DNA of 55,428 bases from an uncultured virus (IMG/VR IMGVR_UViG_3300018892_000001) (lineage: Duplodnaviria > Heunggongvirae > Uroviricota > Caudoviricetes), in IMG/VR virus record IMGVR_UViG_3300018892_000001. The stretch is one strand, 5' to 3'. The position numbers and the translations under genes are program-made. The notes under the pieces are model-generated. The model saw only the letters and a program-made list of their open reading frames with translations. It had not been told where the DNA came from and did not search any database. Every line of letters begins with the position of its first letter. Within the stretch, counting starts at the first letter, position 1. Below are positions 28,943 to 38,716 of this stretch, in pieces.

Positions 28943-29905
28943 ATGAGCAAAACCTCGATTCAATGGACTGGTAGATCTTGGGGTTATCAGCAGGGCTGCT
29001 CTCCAAAGAGTCCCGGTTGCCCCAACTGCTACGCCGAAAAGATTGCCAAGCGATTGGCGAAGAATCCCAATGTCCCCCAGTATACGGATGAAATTGCCCT
29101 TTGGAACGGTGTCATGAATCTCCATATCCCCGGACTTGTGGAGCCGCTGCTACAGAGAAAAGGGACGACATGGTTTCCGAGTATGACTGATCCTTTCCAC
29201 CCAAACGTACACAACGAATGGATTGGACTGGCAATTTTAGTAGCAGCACTTTGCCCACAACATCGATTTTTGATGTTAACTAAGCGCCCAGAGGGAATCT
29301 TGGAGTGGCTTAATTCATCTGTTTGTGACGAATTCAGCCAATCTGGAGGAGCCTTTGCTGCATTGGCGCTGCACTGGATGTCTCAATGTGGGCTAGAAGA
29401 TTGGTGGGATTTACTTGAGGATGCAATCTCTCGGTATCCGCGTACAGACACCTATGAGAACTTCCCCATCCCCAATACCTGGCTCGGTGCATCAGTTGAA
29501 GACCAAAAAAGAGCTGACGAGCGGATGCCACTGATGCACGAACTTAAGAAAAAGGGCTGGCACACGTTTATTTCGGCGGAACCCCTCTTGGAGAAGGTGG
29601 ATTTGCACCTCGACAAGTACCCAGTTGACTGGGTAATCATTGGCGGCGAATCTGGCAACAAATCGCGAACTTTTAATCTTAACTGGGGGCGATCGCTTAT
29701 TCAACAATGCCAGGATAATGGAATTGATGTGTTTTTCAAGCAGATGGGGGGCAATGCCACCGATTCTGTTCCCTACATACCAGGAACTTTAGCAGAGTCA
29801 GTGAGCTGGCAAGTAGAATTTAAAGATAAAAAGGGAGGGACACTGGAGGAATGGCCGAGAGAGTTTCAGATTCGGGAAGTTCCGAAGATTCTACAGATAG
29901 CGTAG
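28943..29905 (+). CDS. DUF5131 / phage Gp37Gp68 family protein
   Basis: TSIQWT, GCSPKSPGCPNCYA, SMTDPFH, LTKRP, SAEPLL, WVIIGGESG, FFKQMGG. Confidence 0.88.
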   Translation: MSKTSIQWTGRSWGYQQGCSPKSPGCPNCYAEKIAKRLAKNPNVPQYTDEIALWNGVMNLHIPGLVEPLLQRKGTTWFPSMTDPFHPNVHNEWIGLAILVAALCPQHRFLMLTKRPEGILEWLNSSVCDEFSQSGGAFAALALHWMSQCGLEDWWDLLEDAISRYPRTDTYENFPIPNTWLGASVEDQKRADERMPLMHELKKKGWHTFISAEPLLEKVDLHLDKYPVDWVIIGGESGNKSRTFNLNWGRSLIQQCQDNGIDVFFKQMGGNATDSVPYIPGTLAESVSWQVEFKDKKGGTLEEWPREFQIREVPKILQIA

Positions 29906-30162
29906 TGCATCGCTGCCACGCCAAAGGTTGTAAGCGTCCGATCGCGGCAAGGTTCCTAATGTGTTACAAACACTGGGGCATGGTTCCTTTGGCTTTGCAA
30001 TGTCAGATTTATGCTGCTTATAGACCGGGACAAGAGGTTGACAAGCAGCCATCTAAAAAATACTTAGGCGCGATAAAAAAGGCGATCACTGAAGTTGCTC
30101 GACGAGAAAATCCCAGATCTTATTTCCCCAAGCAATCAAAGGCAAAGGTGGTAGATGGCTGA
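29905..30162 (+). CDS. Hypothetical phage protein
   Basis: HRCHAKGC....LMCYKHW; GTG start overlapping the upstream TAG. Confidence 0.65.
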   Translation: MHRCHAKGCKRPIAARFLMCYKHWGMVPLALQCQIYAAYRPGQEVDKQPSKKYLGAIKKAITEVARRENPRSYFPKQSKAKVVDG

Positions 30163-30445
30163 TTATTTCGATTCGTTCGGGACACTTGCCCGCCGCATCT
30201 ATTCATCCCCTGTTGTAACCTATGGCGCTCCGATAGATCAGGGAAAAGTTGTCGCTAAGGCAATTTACGATGGCACCCTGCTTCCCAGCTTCATCCACGA
30301 AAACGGCGGTGATTATAAACAGTATCCTCAATTTCTGGTTGATAATCGCATTGGCTCTGTGTTCGACGATTTAGAGGAAGGGCAGCAGGTTGTGGTGGGG
30401 CAAGGCAAGAGTAGCGATCAGTTCTCTCAGCATTCGGAAGCCTGA
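30155..30445 (+). CDS. Hypothetical protein
   Basis: 96 aa with AGGTGG RBS. Confidence 0.6.
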   Translation: MADYFDSFGTLARRIYSSPVVTYGAPIDQGKVVAKAIYDGTLLPSFIHENGGDYKQYPQFLVDNRIGSVFDDLEEGQQVVVGQGKSSDQFSQHSEA

Positions 30446-30464
30446 GTTTTAAAGGGCTGTGGCA

Positions 30465-30506
30465 CAAAAAAGAAGGGTCTGCGAAAAATGCAGACCCTTC
30501 TTTTTT
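30465..30506. terminator. Bidirectional terminator
   Basis: AAAAAAGAAGGGTCTGC...GCAGACCCTTCTTTTTT between convergent genes. Confidence 0.85.
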
Positions 30507-30984
30507 ATTTGGTGGGTTCAGGTACAGAGTCAATATCGGCATCAATAGTTTCATCTGTCTCGATCAATCGATACTGGTAATAAAGAGTTACTTTTGTTCG
30601 GTGGGGTTCAACATGGATCAATTCGACCTGGTAGAAACGCCCGTTTACCCAAAAGAAGGAGTTTTCGTCTACATCCTTGGGGGAAAAGTTGATTGGAAAT
30701 ATGTAGGCACTTTCCTCAGAATCCTTAATGCTACCGGTGCCTTGATTGATGGCGATCGCACTCAACTTAGTAGTAATTGTCCATCCTTCAAGCTTGCGGC
30801 ACGTCCATCCGTATACGGCTGCTGCCCCATATTCTGGTTGAGCTTTCTCGATTATCCCTTTTTTGCATATTCGGATATCGTCGCCCTTTTCGTTCTTGCA
30901 ATCTATTAGGGCTTGGAGATCAAACCAGGATTGTGATTGTTGGGCAAGCCAATTGTTCATAATAAGATCGGGAGTCCTACACAT
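30505..30984 (-). CDS. Hypothetical protein (possible head-tail joining type)
   Basis: 159 aa beta-rich ORF next to the morphogenesis gene; function is inference. Confidence 0.5.
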   Translation of the reverse strand: MCRTPDLIMNNWLAQQSQSWFDLQALIDCKNEKGDDIRICKKGIIEKAQPEYGAAAVYGWTCRKLEGWTITTKLSAIAINQGTGSIKDSEESAYIFPINFSPKDVDENSFFWVNGRFYQVELIHVEPHRTKVTLYYQYRLIETDETIDADIDSVPEPTK

Positions 30985-30993
30985 TAGTCGCTT

Positions 30994-31530
30994 GTGCCTA
31001 AAATTAGTCTAACCGTCCAACGCAATAACTACCCCCTACTTCGCACCCACATCACAGAAATTGAGAAAGAAGTGCCACGGCTGGGGCAGAGGTGGGCAAG
31101 GGAATCGGCACAGTTTTTTGACGACACCTATCGCGATCGCTTGGCAAGTCAAGGTAGAGGTGGGCAGCCTCCGCCTTTGAGTTCGGTCACACGACATCTC
31201 TACCGACGGCTGGGAGAACCCAATGGTAGTGGCATCCGCAACCATATAGAACTGACTTACAATCAGCAGGAGAATACTTTTACAGCTACGTTGGGCATCC
31301 CCCAGGGGCGTCCTACTATCGTCGCCAAAGTCCAAGATCAAGGAGCCACAATCCGCGTCACGCCACGGATGCGTGGTTTTTTAGCTGTTCATGGAGTTTT
31401 CCTGAAGGCGACGACGACCCATATCCAAATCCCAGCGCGGCATTCTTGGGAGTATTCCTTGCGGGATGCCAAGGAAGAAGCTAAACGTAAGCTTAAAAAC
31501 TTTTGGATTGACCTACAACGCCAGGTGTAG
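30994..31530 (+). CDS. Virion morphogenesis / tail completion-like protein
   Basis: Basic protein with PPLS..T and AKVQDQGATIRVT.RMRGFL...IQIPAR, resembling Mu gpG-like proteins. Confidence 0.6.
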   Translation: MPKISLTVQRNNYPLLRTHITEIEKEVPRLGQRWARESAQFFDDTYRDRLASQGRGGQPPPLSSVTRHLYRRLGEPNGSGIRNHIELTYNQQENTFTATLGIPQGRPTIVAKVQDQGATIRVTPRMRGFLAVHGVFLKATTTHIQIPARHSWEYSLRDAKEEAKRKLKNFWIDLQRQV

Positions 31531-31537
31531 GCACAAA

Positions 31538-31569
31538 AAAACTCATCACGGTTCTCCGTGATGAGTTTT
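31538..31569. terminator. Bidirectional terminator built on the TCACGG palindrome
   Basis: AAAACTCATCACGG-TTCT-CCGTGATGAGTTTT between convergent genes. Confidence 0.8.
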
Positions 31570-31603
31570 ATTCAGAAAGCTGTTGGCATCAAATTACAGG
31601 ATT

Positions 31604-31948
31604 CTATTCTTCCCAGATTGGCTTCCAATGTCCTGGGCATGGATTTTCCCCTGGTTCTATGTAGCCACAGAATAGAGCTGGATCTTCATCCTGATGATCC
31701 TCATCCCCAACGAATTCAACCTCTGCTGCGGGCGTAGGGATATGACAGCCCGAAGTTAAAACAAGCCCAATAATGGCATTGCTTCTTTCCTGTTTCATCC
31801 AATCTTCTGCATCCCAGTCCCGCACTAGCGCCCAAGCAACTAGTGGAACTTTAAATAAGGTCTTATCTTCTTGGTGTTGAAACACGGCGCACCATCCGTT
31901 GGCGGATGTAATAGAAAGAATATCCTGAGAATTCAGTGATGGAGGCAT
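31604..31948 (-). CDS. Hypothetical protein
   Basis: 114 aa; AAAGCAAGATCATG leader and own promoter. Confidence 0.75.
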   Translation of the reverse strand: MPPSLNSQDILSITSANGWCAVFQHQEDKTLFKVPLVAWALVRDWDAEDWMKQERSNAIIGLVLTSGCHIPTPAAEVEFVGDEDHQDEDPALFCGYIEPGENPCPGHWKPIWEE

Positions 31949-31982
31949 GATCTTGCTTTAAATGAATTACTCCTATTTTAAC

Positions 31983-31996
31983 GTAATTTAACATAC
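31983..31996. promoter_or_regulatory. GTA-N8-TAC (NtcA-box-like) site abutting a -10 box
   Basis: GTA-atttaaca-TAC; a second copy at 32879-32892 in the same promoter context. Confidence 0.35.
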
Positions 31997-32045
31997 AATA
32001 AAGCCCTCAACACGTAGCTGTGTTGAGGGCTTTATTGTGGGAAGG

Positions 32046-32843
32046 TTACTCTATAATTACTTCGTATCCAACGGCATCAGCGAGTTGCTGTGCCAAAGAT
32101 GATTCATTTTGTGAGCTGATCGTAGGCGTATATTCCCTTCGTAGTACGCTCTTCTGCTCGTCATTAATGTCGTGGCGGAAGTATGTCATACTGGCTTCTC
32201 CACGAAGCAGGATGTCTTCATAGAGACATCGGTAGACATAATCGTCATAGCTCCAGCCATACGCCCAGAAGCTGCCTTCATCCGTATTTTCGTCAGGATA
32301 AAAGACTCCATCTTCGGTCAATTGTTCGTAACAGTCAGTGTCAATCTCCCAGCCGTTCCCGACCAGATCTTCAAACAATTCGTAGGATGCATCAACTGGT
32401 AGCTTCTTAAAAAGGTCATTGAGTTCCTCCAAAGCCGCTGGGGTTGGGTATATGGTGAGAGAGCGATCACATTCTAATACGATCGAAATATAGTGCCCCA
32501 TCGCAATAGTTATTCTCTGTGGAATTGGAGTTGGCTCCAAAAATACATCAGGATCATCTGACCCAGTAAAATGCTGGAAGAGTAAGTACGCAGACATACT
32601 CATGGATGGTGGCAACTGTGATCTCTGCCATTCCTTTGCCGTAGTATCGCCTTCTCCTTTGCACCCTGATGGGAATGCAAGGATAGGGGTCTCTTCGGCT
32701 CTCCAACCAAACCCAAGAGGGTTGTACTGAGCAGTTAAGTACCCTTTTTCATTAATTGAAAGAGGGTTTTTCCAGAGATTGCTTTCCATGTTCCGCCAGC
32801 GGTAAAATCGACGGCGCAACATTTGATCCAATTTATTTGGCAT
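32046..32843 (-). CDS. Hypothetical protein
   Basis: 265 aa; AAAGCAAAATCATG leader, TATAAT upstream, hairpin downstream. Confidence 0.8.
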   Translation of the reverse strand: MPNKLDQMLRRRFYRWRNMESNLWKNPLSINEKGYLTAQYNPLGFGWRAEETPILAFPSGCKGEGDTTAKEWQRSQLPPSMSMSAYLLFQHFTGSDDPDVFLEPTPIPQRITIAMGHYISIVLECDRSLTIYPTPAALEELNDLFKKLPVDASYELFEDLVGNGWEIDTDCYEQLTEDGVFYPDENTDEGSFWAYGWSYDDYVYRCLYEDILLRGEASMTYFRHDINDEQKSVLRREYTPTISSQNESSLAQQLADAVGYEVIIE

Positions 32844-32958
32844 GATTTTGCTTTAAAAGTGACTACTTTCATTATAACGTAATATGACGTACAAGCGGAA
32901 AGCCTCTACAGAGTTTTCTGTTGTGCAATAATAGTTTTACCCGCGTGTTACTGGGGTT

Positions 32959-33282
32959 ATGGTAAAACAAAATCGGTTGGACAATGGTACTTTTGCTCCT
33001 AAGTCATCTGAACGTAGAGAAGTTAGAACCTTGCGGGTGACTGATAAAACTTGGCAAGTTTTAGGTGGGATAGCCCAGTCAATGGATATCACTCGTGCTG
33101 ACCTCTTTGAGGAACTAGTTGCTAGTGGGGCAATTGAACAATGGGGAAGTGTCAAAAATGAAATAGAACATCTTAAAAAGGAGCTTCAAGAACTAGCTGT
33201 TGAGAAGGAAAGCCTAACTCGACAGATTACTACATTGCGAAATAAAAAAGTTGAGTATTTTCAGCCTAGATTGTTTGATTAA
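32959..33282 (+). CDS. Putative RHH-type DNA-binding protein with coiled coil
   Basis: RTLRVTDKTW..L..IA....ITRADLFEEL pattern. Confidence 0.6.
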   Translation: MVKQNRLDNGTFAPKSSERREVRTLRVTDKTWQVLGGIAQSMDITRADLFEELVASGAIEQWGSVKNEIEHLKKELQELAVEKESLTRQITTLRNKKVEYFQPRLFD

Positions 33283-33347
33283 ATACACGAATAAGCGGGT
33301 GCAAAGAAAAAAACCAGTTGTATTGCAAGCTATGATCTACAAAAAAT

Positions 33348-34211
33348 ATGACCTTTTTTATCGGCGTTCACGACGTGACCGATGCCATCCTTTTTGGCAA
33401 TTGTATGATTTCTGTGAACCGCCTCAAGGCAACTAAGGGAAGATCTAACTGGTATTGTTGGCTCAAATGGTATTGGGGCAGCGATCGCACTAAACCCTTC
33501 AAGTCAAGGCAATCAACAAGGAAGCGAACCGCGAGGAAAGCTCCTTTCCCTGTGAAGAACTGGATTCTCGATTCTGGGGCATTTACGTGCCTCGAAACGA
33601 TGGGAACACAAATGTGTATTGCAGAATATGTATCCCTGATTGAATACTGGCATCAGCATGGCAATTTATTAGCCATTGTTACTCAAGATTATATGTGTGG
33701 GCAGTTCATGCTGGAGAAGACGCGCCAAACCGTGGAGGTTCACCAGCGCTTGACTGTCTACCGTTACGATGCAATTCAAAAATTACTGAATGCTCGTGGG
33801 ATAAACGTATATCAAATGCCCGTTCTCCAAGGATATCAACCAGAAGAATATGTAGAACATATCCGACTATATGGCGATCGCCTGAAGTCGGGGATGTGGG
33901 TTGGGGTTGGCAGTGTTCGCGACCGAAATGACAAGCCTAAAGAATTAGAGGCAGTATTTCTCGCTATTCGTAGGGAGCTTAAGGCGCAGGGGCTAGAAGA
34001 TATCAAGCTCCACGGGTTTGGATTAAAGGAGAAGGCTCTTAAACATCCTCTTGTTGACGCTTTGGTCGATACTACCGACTCAATGAGTTGGGAATACGAT
34101 GCGGGGAGAAAGAATGTGAGGGGTGATAAACGTCGGGCATTGGGAGTTCAATACGAACAAAAAATGAATGGGCGATCGCGCCAATTAGTACTCACTGATT
34201 TGTTTGTATAA
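33348..34211 (+). CDS. tRNA-guanine transglycosylase-like (DpdA-like) protein
   Basis: ILDSGAF, QDYMC, MPVLQG, VGVGSV, LHGFGLK and DSMSW motifs of TGT-fold phage proteins. Confidence 0.7.
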   Translation: MTFFIGVHDVTDAILFGNCMISVNRLKATKGRSNWYCWLKWYWGSDRTKPFKSRQSTRKRTARKAPFPVKNWILDSGAFTCLETMGTQMCIAEYVSLIEYWHQHGNLLAIVTQDYMCGQFMLEKTRQTVEVHQRLTVYRYDAIQKLLNARGINVYQMPVLQGYQPEEYVEHIRLYGDRLKSGMWVGVGSVRDRNDKPKELEAVFLAIRRELKAQGLEDIKLHGFGLKEKALKHPLVDALVDTTDSMSWEYDAGRKNVRGDKRRALGVQYEQKMNGRSRQLVLTDLFV

Positions 34212-34269
34212 CTTTTGTTACAATTAGGGAAACACAGTACTCTGTGATCTAATTTTTTAAGGCAAAACC

Positions 34270-34962
34270 ATGCAAGAGAAAGTCGAAGTTAAATTACTGC
34301 TCGACCAGTACCAAATCGAATTAATTCGAGACTGGGTTAAGGGAGCGCAGGACAACCTGCACGACCAAAACAATGGCTGGGAGTGGGGCATCAATGCCCC
34401 AGCGAATTACAACGAGGAGCATTTAATGCGTTATGGCACAACCTCGCACGAGGAGGCTCAAGGTCTACTTGAGGACATCACACATCAATTGCCGCCAACA
34501 CAAGATCAGGAATTGGTTGCTACTGAAAAAGAGAAAAATATGCACTGCATGGAATGCAACTATATATGGAACGCCCATGAAGAGTGGAAGCCAGAGCTAA
34601 CTTGTCCTCAGTGTGACAGTGGGGACATTGCAAGCACGACTCCCAGCCAGCTCTCAGACCAATTATTGGATGAAGTAGAGCCATTAATAGTAGGCTGGGT
34701 CAAGTATTGCGAAGGCAAACTACTGCAAATTGACGGCACTGTGTGCAGCACAAGCGATATTGAAGTTTTACTAAAAGATACAATTCCGACAAAAGACGGC
34801 TCAGAAATTGTTGCCTGCTCTCTAGAGATTCCAGGTGTACCTAACCCTTGGTCAGCAACCGATGATTGTTTTGGCTATGAGTACGATCAAAAGAAAGACA
34901 GGACAACGTATCATTTCTACGGGAAAACTGCCGAGCTACTAAGGAAATTGTTCTCGGTGTAG
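34270..34962 (+). CDS. Hypothetical protein with Zn ribbon
   Basis: CMEC...CPQC; GGCAAAACCATG leader; TGTTACAAT upstream. Confidence 0.75.
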   Translation: MQEKVEVKLLLDQYQIELIRDWVKGAQDNLHDQNNGWEWGINAPANYNEEHLMRYGTTSHEEAQGLLEDITHQLPPTQDQELVATEKEKNMHCMECNYIWNAHEEWKPELTCPQCDSGDIASTTPSQLSDQLLDEVEPLIVGWVKYCEGKLLQIDGTVCSTSDIEVLLKDTIPTKDGSEIVACSLEIPGVPNPWSATDDCFGYEYDQKKDRTTYHFYGKTAELLRKLFSV

Positions 34963-35002
34963 ATCTTGGAAACCTTTGATCGCGTAAAATAACAACAACT
35001 TA

Positions 35003-35041
35003 CAAAACCCGCTGGGTGATTTATTCACCCAGCGGGTTTTG
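35003..35041. terminator. Long hairpin (terminator-like), related to 46275
   Basis: CAAAACCCGCTGGGTGA-tttat-TCACCCAGCGGGTTTTG. Confidence 0.7.
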
Positions 35042-35089
35042 CTTTTTCTCATCACGGAGAACCGTGACGAACACCATATTCTTATAAAA

Positions 35090-37315
35090 ATGCCTAATCC
35101 TCTACCTCTCAAGTCGCATACCCTCCAGATCAAGCCCATCCCCCCAGCTTCACCAACAAAACCCGCAGTCCCCCTGGCTGAAGAGTTTGACCTCAATTCC
35201 CGCGCCACAATCCGAATGTTTCAACTGGCGCGGAAACAGGGGTGGAAAACACTGCCCAAAGTGGAGGTCGTTTCAGGGAAATTGAAAATCAATGGGGAGG
35301 CGATCGCGCGCGCTTACCCATCTGAATCAATCCCGATTAACGCCACCATCTCTATCCCCCCTTTGGATAATCCAACTGCGATTATTAAGCGGGATGACTA
35401 TTTGTCCCTTGTTGTGGTCGGCACAGAAGTTGGCGTGGCGCAGGATGCCAGCATTGGCAAAAGTTTCAGATATCGTGACCCACAAACCAAACAGATGGCA
35501 ATCGCGCCTCCAGGGACTGAGAATTCCAGGGAGTATCGTTCCTTTTGGCTGCTGGCTTTAAGTGGGCAACCCCTTACACCGGAAGATATTCTGGGTTCAA
35601 CGAGCTTGGAAGCGAGTGGCGATCGTCGGGTTGCGATCGTTAACAATTTCGACTCAGGTTTCTTAGTTGCGCCTGGGCTGCGATATTGGGCAGCAGACCC
35701 CAACTGGACAAGTGGGCTGGCGTATACACTCTTGCCGGAGTGTATTGAAGTTCTGCCAATTTGTACAATTAAGAGAATCCAAAACTTCGTTGAAGATGGT
35801 TCAACCCAAGGGTTTGGGGGAGAAGCGCCTCTTACTAATGATCTTATTTCACCCCTAGCGTCCCTCGAACTAGGCGACCTGAAAACAGAGGTTGAGCGGC
35901 GGGTTTTAGAAATTTGTGCTGGAATACCGGGACGGGGCAAGACCAATAAGCGGATTATTCTTAATTTAAGTGCAGGGCAAGCCGGGGGAAATCCTGGTCG
36001 TGCTGGGGTAGCTGCTTCGTCGCCCAACGGAAGTTATTGCATGGGCAATGATCAGCGGGTTAGCTTTACTAATGAGCAGATTACCCAGACGCTGGGGGTT
36101 CAGATAGTTGTCGCGAGTAACGATGGGTCTGGGAAGGCACGATTAGCTGTTGGCTTGAACACGAATGCCCCTCTAGGCTCTATTTTTAGCCCCGACCGGA
36201 CTCAACACCGCATCTACTCGACAGATGGGGTTGAGCAATCATCATTGGGTTCTTTCAGTAACCTGGGTGGCAACGGTTCATTACAGTGGGTGGCGGGGGA
36301 AAACTCCTCAATCCGTCCTGGCAGTACCGTTTTCTTCGTGCCGGCAATCATTTATCCCAGTGGCAGCGGTTTCTCTGTTCCTCTTTCCGTCGCCGAACGT
36401 GCTTGGTACGGGCAAGGGGCGGTGACGGCGGCGTTGTCGCCGGAGAATGTGCGGTTTGGTCTGCACAACGACTTGGATGCCTTTGAGTCGCCGGCGAAAG
36501 GGGAGCCGTACATCGTAATTTATGGCAGTGAGCGAATGGCGCTGCACTATATCTATAAGTTGGTCACTGTGACGGCTGACCCTAATGGGGTAGTTTCTAT
36601 CCCCTTGGCAGAACGCGGCTGTTTTGCCTTTATCCAGGGGACTCAAGGGCGAATTGATGCCCCAGCCTACAAAGGAGTTCCATCCGGAAAGACTGTACAG
36701 GCACTCGTATACTACCCACCGAGAAGCCAGGAAACATGGCAGTTGCAGTTGAAGTACCCTGAGTATCAGGGAATTGGTGCGTCTGACCCAGCATTCCTCA
36801 ATGGGGCAACTATTGCCAGTCCTGTTCAGCAGTTTATCCACACGCAAGGGGGTGGATTGTCTGTTCATGCTGTTAACGCAGTTCTCCGCGAAAGTTGTGT
36901 AGCCTCCCATCTACCTCGTGTAGAATCGGCTGTGGCTGCACACGAATTCAACGCCCCAATTCAGATATCGGGTGAAGCGTACAACGGACCCATCACGTTC
37001 CGGGGCGATATCCCTCTACTCCCAGCCCGGAACTTAGTATTTCCTAGCCCTGGACAAGTGCTGGAAGTGAAGACAGTGGCTGGAACGAGAGAGCGATCGC
37101 TTAACGTTGCCCTCTACTCCAATGGGTATCCTTTAGGCTTCCGCGCCTCGGTTCTGGCATCTCGTAGTCCCTTTCAAGTGTTCGTGGCATTTGCTGTGAA
37201 GAAAAGGGATGTGACGCGGTTGGTGATTATTACCCACAACTGCCGTGGCGCGGCTGGAGAGGATGTAATATTGGATGCAGGACAAGAAAGCGCAATTGAT
37301 ATTTTTGAATTATGA
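35090..37315 (+). CDS. Large hypothetical protein, probably virion structural
   Basis: About 740 aa, Gly/Ser/Ala/Pro-rich and beta-rich; structural role is inference. Confidence 0.6.
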   Translation: MPNPLPLKSHTLQIKPIPPASPTKPAVPLAEEFDLNSRATIRMFQLARKQGWKTLPKVEVVSGKLKINGEAIARAYPSESIPINATISIPPLDNPTAIIKRDDYLSLVVVGTEVGVAQDASIGKSFRYRDPQTKQMAIAPPGTENSREYRSFWLLALSGQPLTPEDILGSTSLEASGDRRVAIVNNFDSGFLVAPGLRYWAADPNWTSGLAYTLLPECIEVLPICTIKRIQNFVEDGSTQGFGGEAPLTNDLISPLASLELGDLKTEVERRVLEICAGIPGRGKTNKRIILNLSAGQAGGNPGRAGVAASSPNGSYCMGNDQRVSFTNEQITQTLGVQIVVASNDGSGKARLAVGLNTNAPLGSIFSPDRTQHRIYSTDGVEQSSLGSFSNLGGNGSLQWVAGENSSIRPGSTVFFVPAIIYPSGSGFSVPLSVAERAWYGQGAVTAALSPENVRFGLHNDLDAFESPAKGEPYIVIYGSERMALHYIYKLVTVTADPNGVVSIPLAERGCFAFIQGTQGRIDAPAYKGVPSGKTVQALVYYPPRSQETWQLQLKYPEYQGIGASDPAFLNGATIASPVQQFIHTQGGGLSVHAVNAVLRESCVASHLPRVESAVAAHEFNAPIQISGEAYNGPITFRGDIPLLPARNLVFPSPGQVLEVKTVAGTRERSLNVALYSNGYPLGFRASVLASRSPFQVFVAFAVKKRDVTRLVIITHNCRGAAGEDVILDAGQESAIDIFEL

Positions 37316-37566
37316 ACAACAACGAAGAAACAATCGAAATCCCAAAGTCTATTGTCATGGAAGTAATGGAGAATCTTCAAAAAACATATGGGTTGCTAAA
37401 AAGCACGGAGAAGGTTGAGGAAAAGGTTCTACCACTTCGGGTAGGGCGTGCAACGGAACTAACTCAGGTGACTCTCAAGAATTTGTCGCAGGTTATCCCG
37501 GAATTGAAGGACAAGCCGGTAGAAAAGTTGCTCCAAGAAGGTATAGACCTAGCTGAAGAGCAATAA
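37312..37566 (+). CDS. Hypothetical protein
   Basis: 84 aa, ATGA-coupled. Confidence 0.7.
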   Translation: MNNNEETIEIPKSIVMEVMENLQKTYGLLKSTEKVEEKVLPLRVGRATELTQVTLKNLSQVIPELKDKPVEKLLQEGIDLAEEQ

Positions 37567-37575
37567 TCAAAATAA

Positions 37576-37809
37576 TCAAGCAACCTGAGATTGAGATTGC
37601 AGAACAGAGGCAGTCGGCACTAACTTCCAGCCGGACTGCCTTAATTTTTGATAAGTTGCCCACCCTTTTGAGCCACGAGCAATGCGACAATCTGGTACAG
37701 CGTATTGTCTCAAGCTCGTATAGGGAACCCAATGACTCTCACTTGTAACTTTTAGATGGAGGATTTTCTCGGAATTTCCGCCTAGGGGAGCCAACCAACA
37801 CATTTGCAT
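37576..37809 (-). CDS. Hypothetical protein
   Basis: 77 aa ORF (W..Y......P....SKGWATYQKLRQSGWKLV). Confidence 0.6.
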   Translation of the reverse strand: MQMCWLAPLGGNSEKILHLKVTSESHWVPYTSLRQYAVPDCRIARGSKGWATYQKLRQSGWKLVPTASVLQSQSQVA

Positions 37810-37934
37810 AAATTTCGTCCAAAATTTACATCAGATTAGCGTATTCTTGAGACTGAAGAAATAACATTTTGCGAAGATTCTGAGAGAAAAAATGAGTGGC
37901 AAGCCCTCGTGGCTTGCCACTTGGCGAAACAAGA

Positions 37935-38213
37935 TTAACTATTGATTACATCAGGGTGGGGTATGCTCCAAACATCATCCAAAACCTCTAATTCATCGGT
38001 GTCGTCAATTGTTGTGTGATCTCCATCACCCCAAAAACAAATTATTTGCCCTGATCGCCATTCTGAACTTAAACTTTCGCACAGCCGCATACAAACGCCT
38101 ATATCACCTTGACATGGATTAATCATTCGCACTCTGACACAAGGTTGAATGTAATCAACCCTCTCGTCAGAAGAACTCCAACTCATAAATTCTTTGAACT
38201 CTGCACCTGTCAT
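37935..38213 (-). CDS. Hypothetical protein
   Basis: 92 aa ORF. Confidence 0.6.
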   Translation of the reverse strand: MTGAEFKEFMSWSSSDERVDYIQPCVRVRMINPCQGDIGVCMRLCESLSSEWRSGQIICFWGDGDHTTIDDTDELEVLDDVWSIPHPDVINS

Positions 38214-38308
38214 GTGTCTTTTCCCTAAACATCAATTGGTTATGCTCTCGCTTATCGGCAACCCTAGTGGGATTTGTCTCTTAGCGCAAACAAATTGTTA
38301 CAATTGTA

Positions 38309-38716
38309 TTGAAGTTATGGACAAAAAGACATGGTAGCATTTTGGGAAATGGCTTGTTAGTGGTCTACCACTTACAGGAAGAAGTCTTTGTGTATTTTGA
38401 CTTCTGTTGTTTCAATCCCACTGATTTTGGTTCTTTTAGGGGATTTTATTCTGATCTGGCAATTGGATATGAACAGTTGCCAACTCCGTCAACAATTAAA
38501 GATTTTCGGCTTAAATTACAGGCGATCGCTAATGGTCAAACATTCACAGGATGGAAAGGAGGCAGCTACAATATGGACGGAGACTCAAGGATATGGGTCG
38601 CAAATTCAGGAGAGGCAACTGAAACAGTATTGATTGACGCTATATATATCCCCGACAACGAACGGTTAGTACTAAAGACCGACTATTTTCCCTATTCGGA
38701 AGTCCACTGGGGTTGA
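38309..38716 (+). CDS. Hypothetical phage protein
   Basis: SFRGFYSDLAI...GQTFTGWKGG.Y.M....WVAN.GE; start uncertain; stop codon supplied by the IS end. Confidence 0.7.
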   Translation: MKLWTKRHGSILGNGLLVVYHLQEEVFVYFDFCCFNPTDFGSFRGFYSDLAIGYEQLPTPSTIKDFRLKLQAIANGQTFTGWKGGSYNMDGDSRIWVANSGEATETVLIDAIYIPDNERLVLKTDYFPYSEVHWG

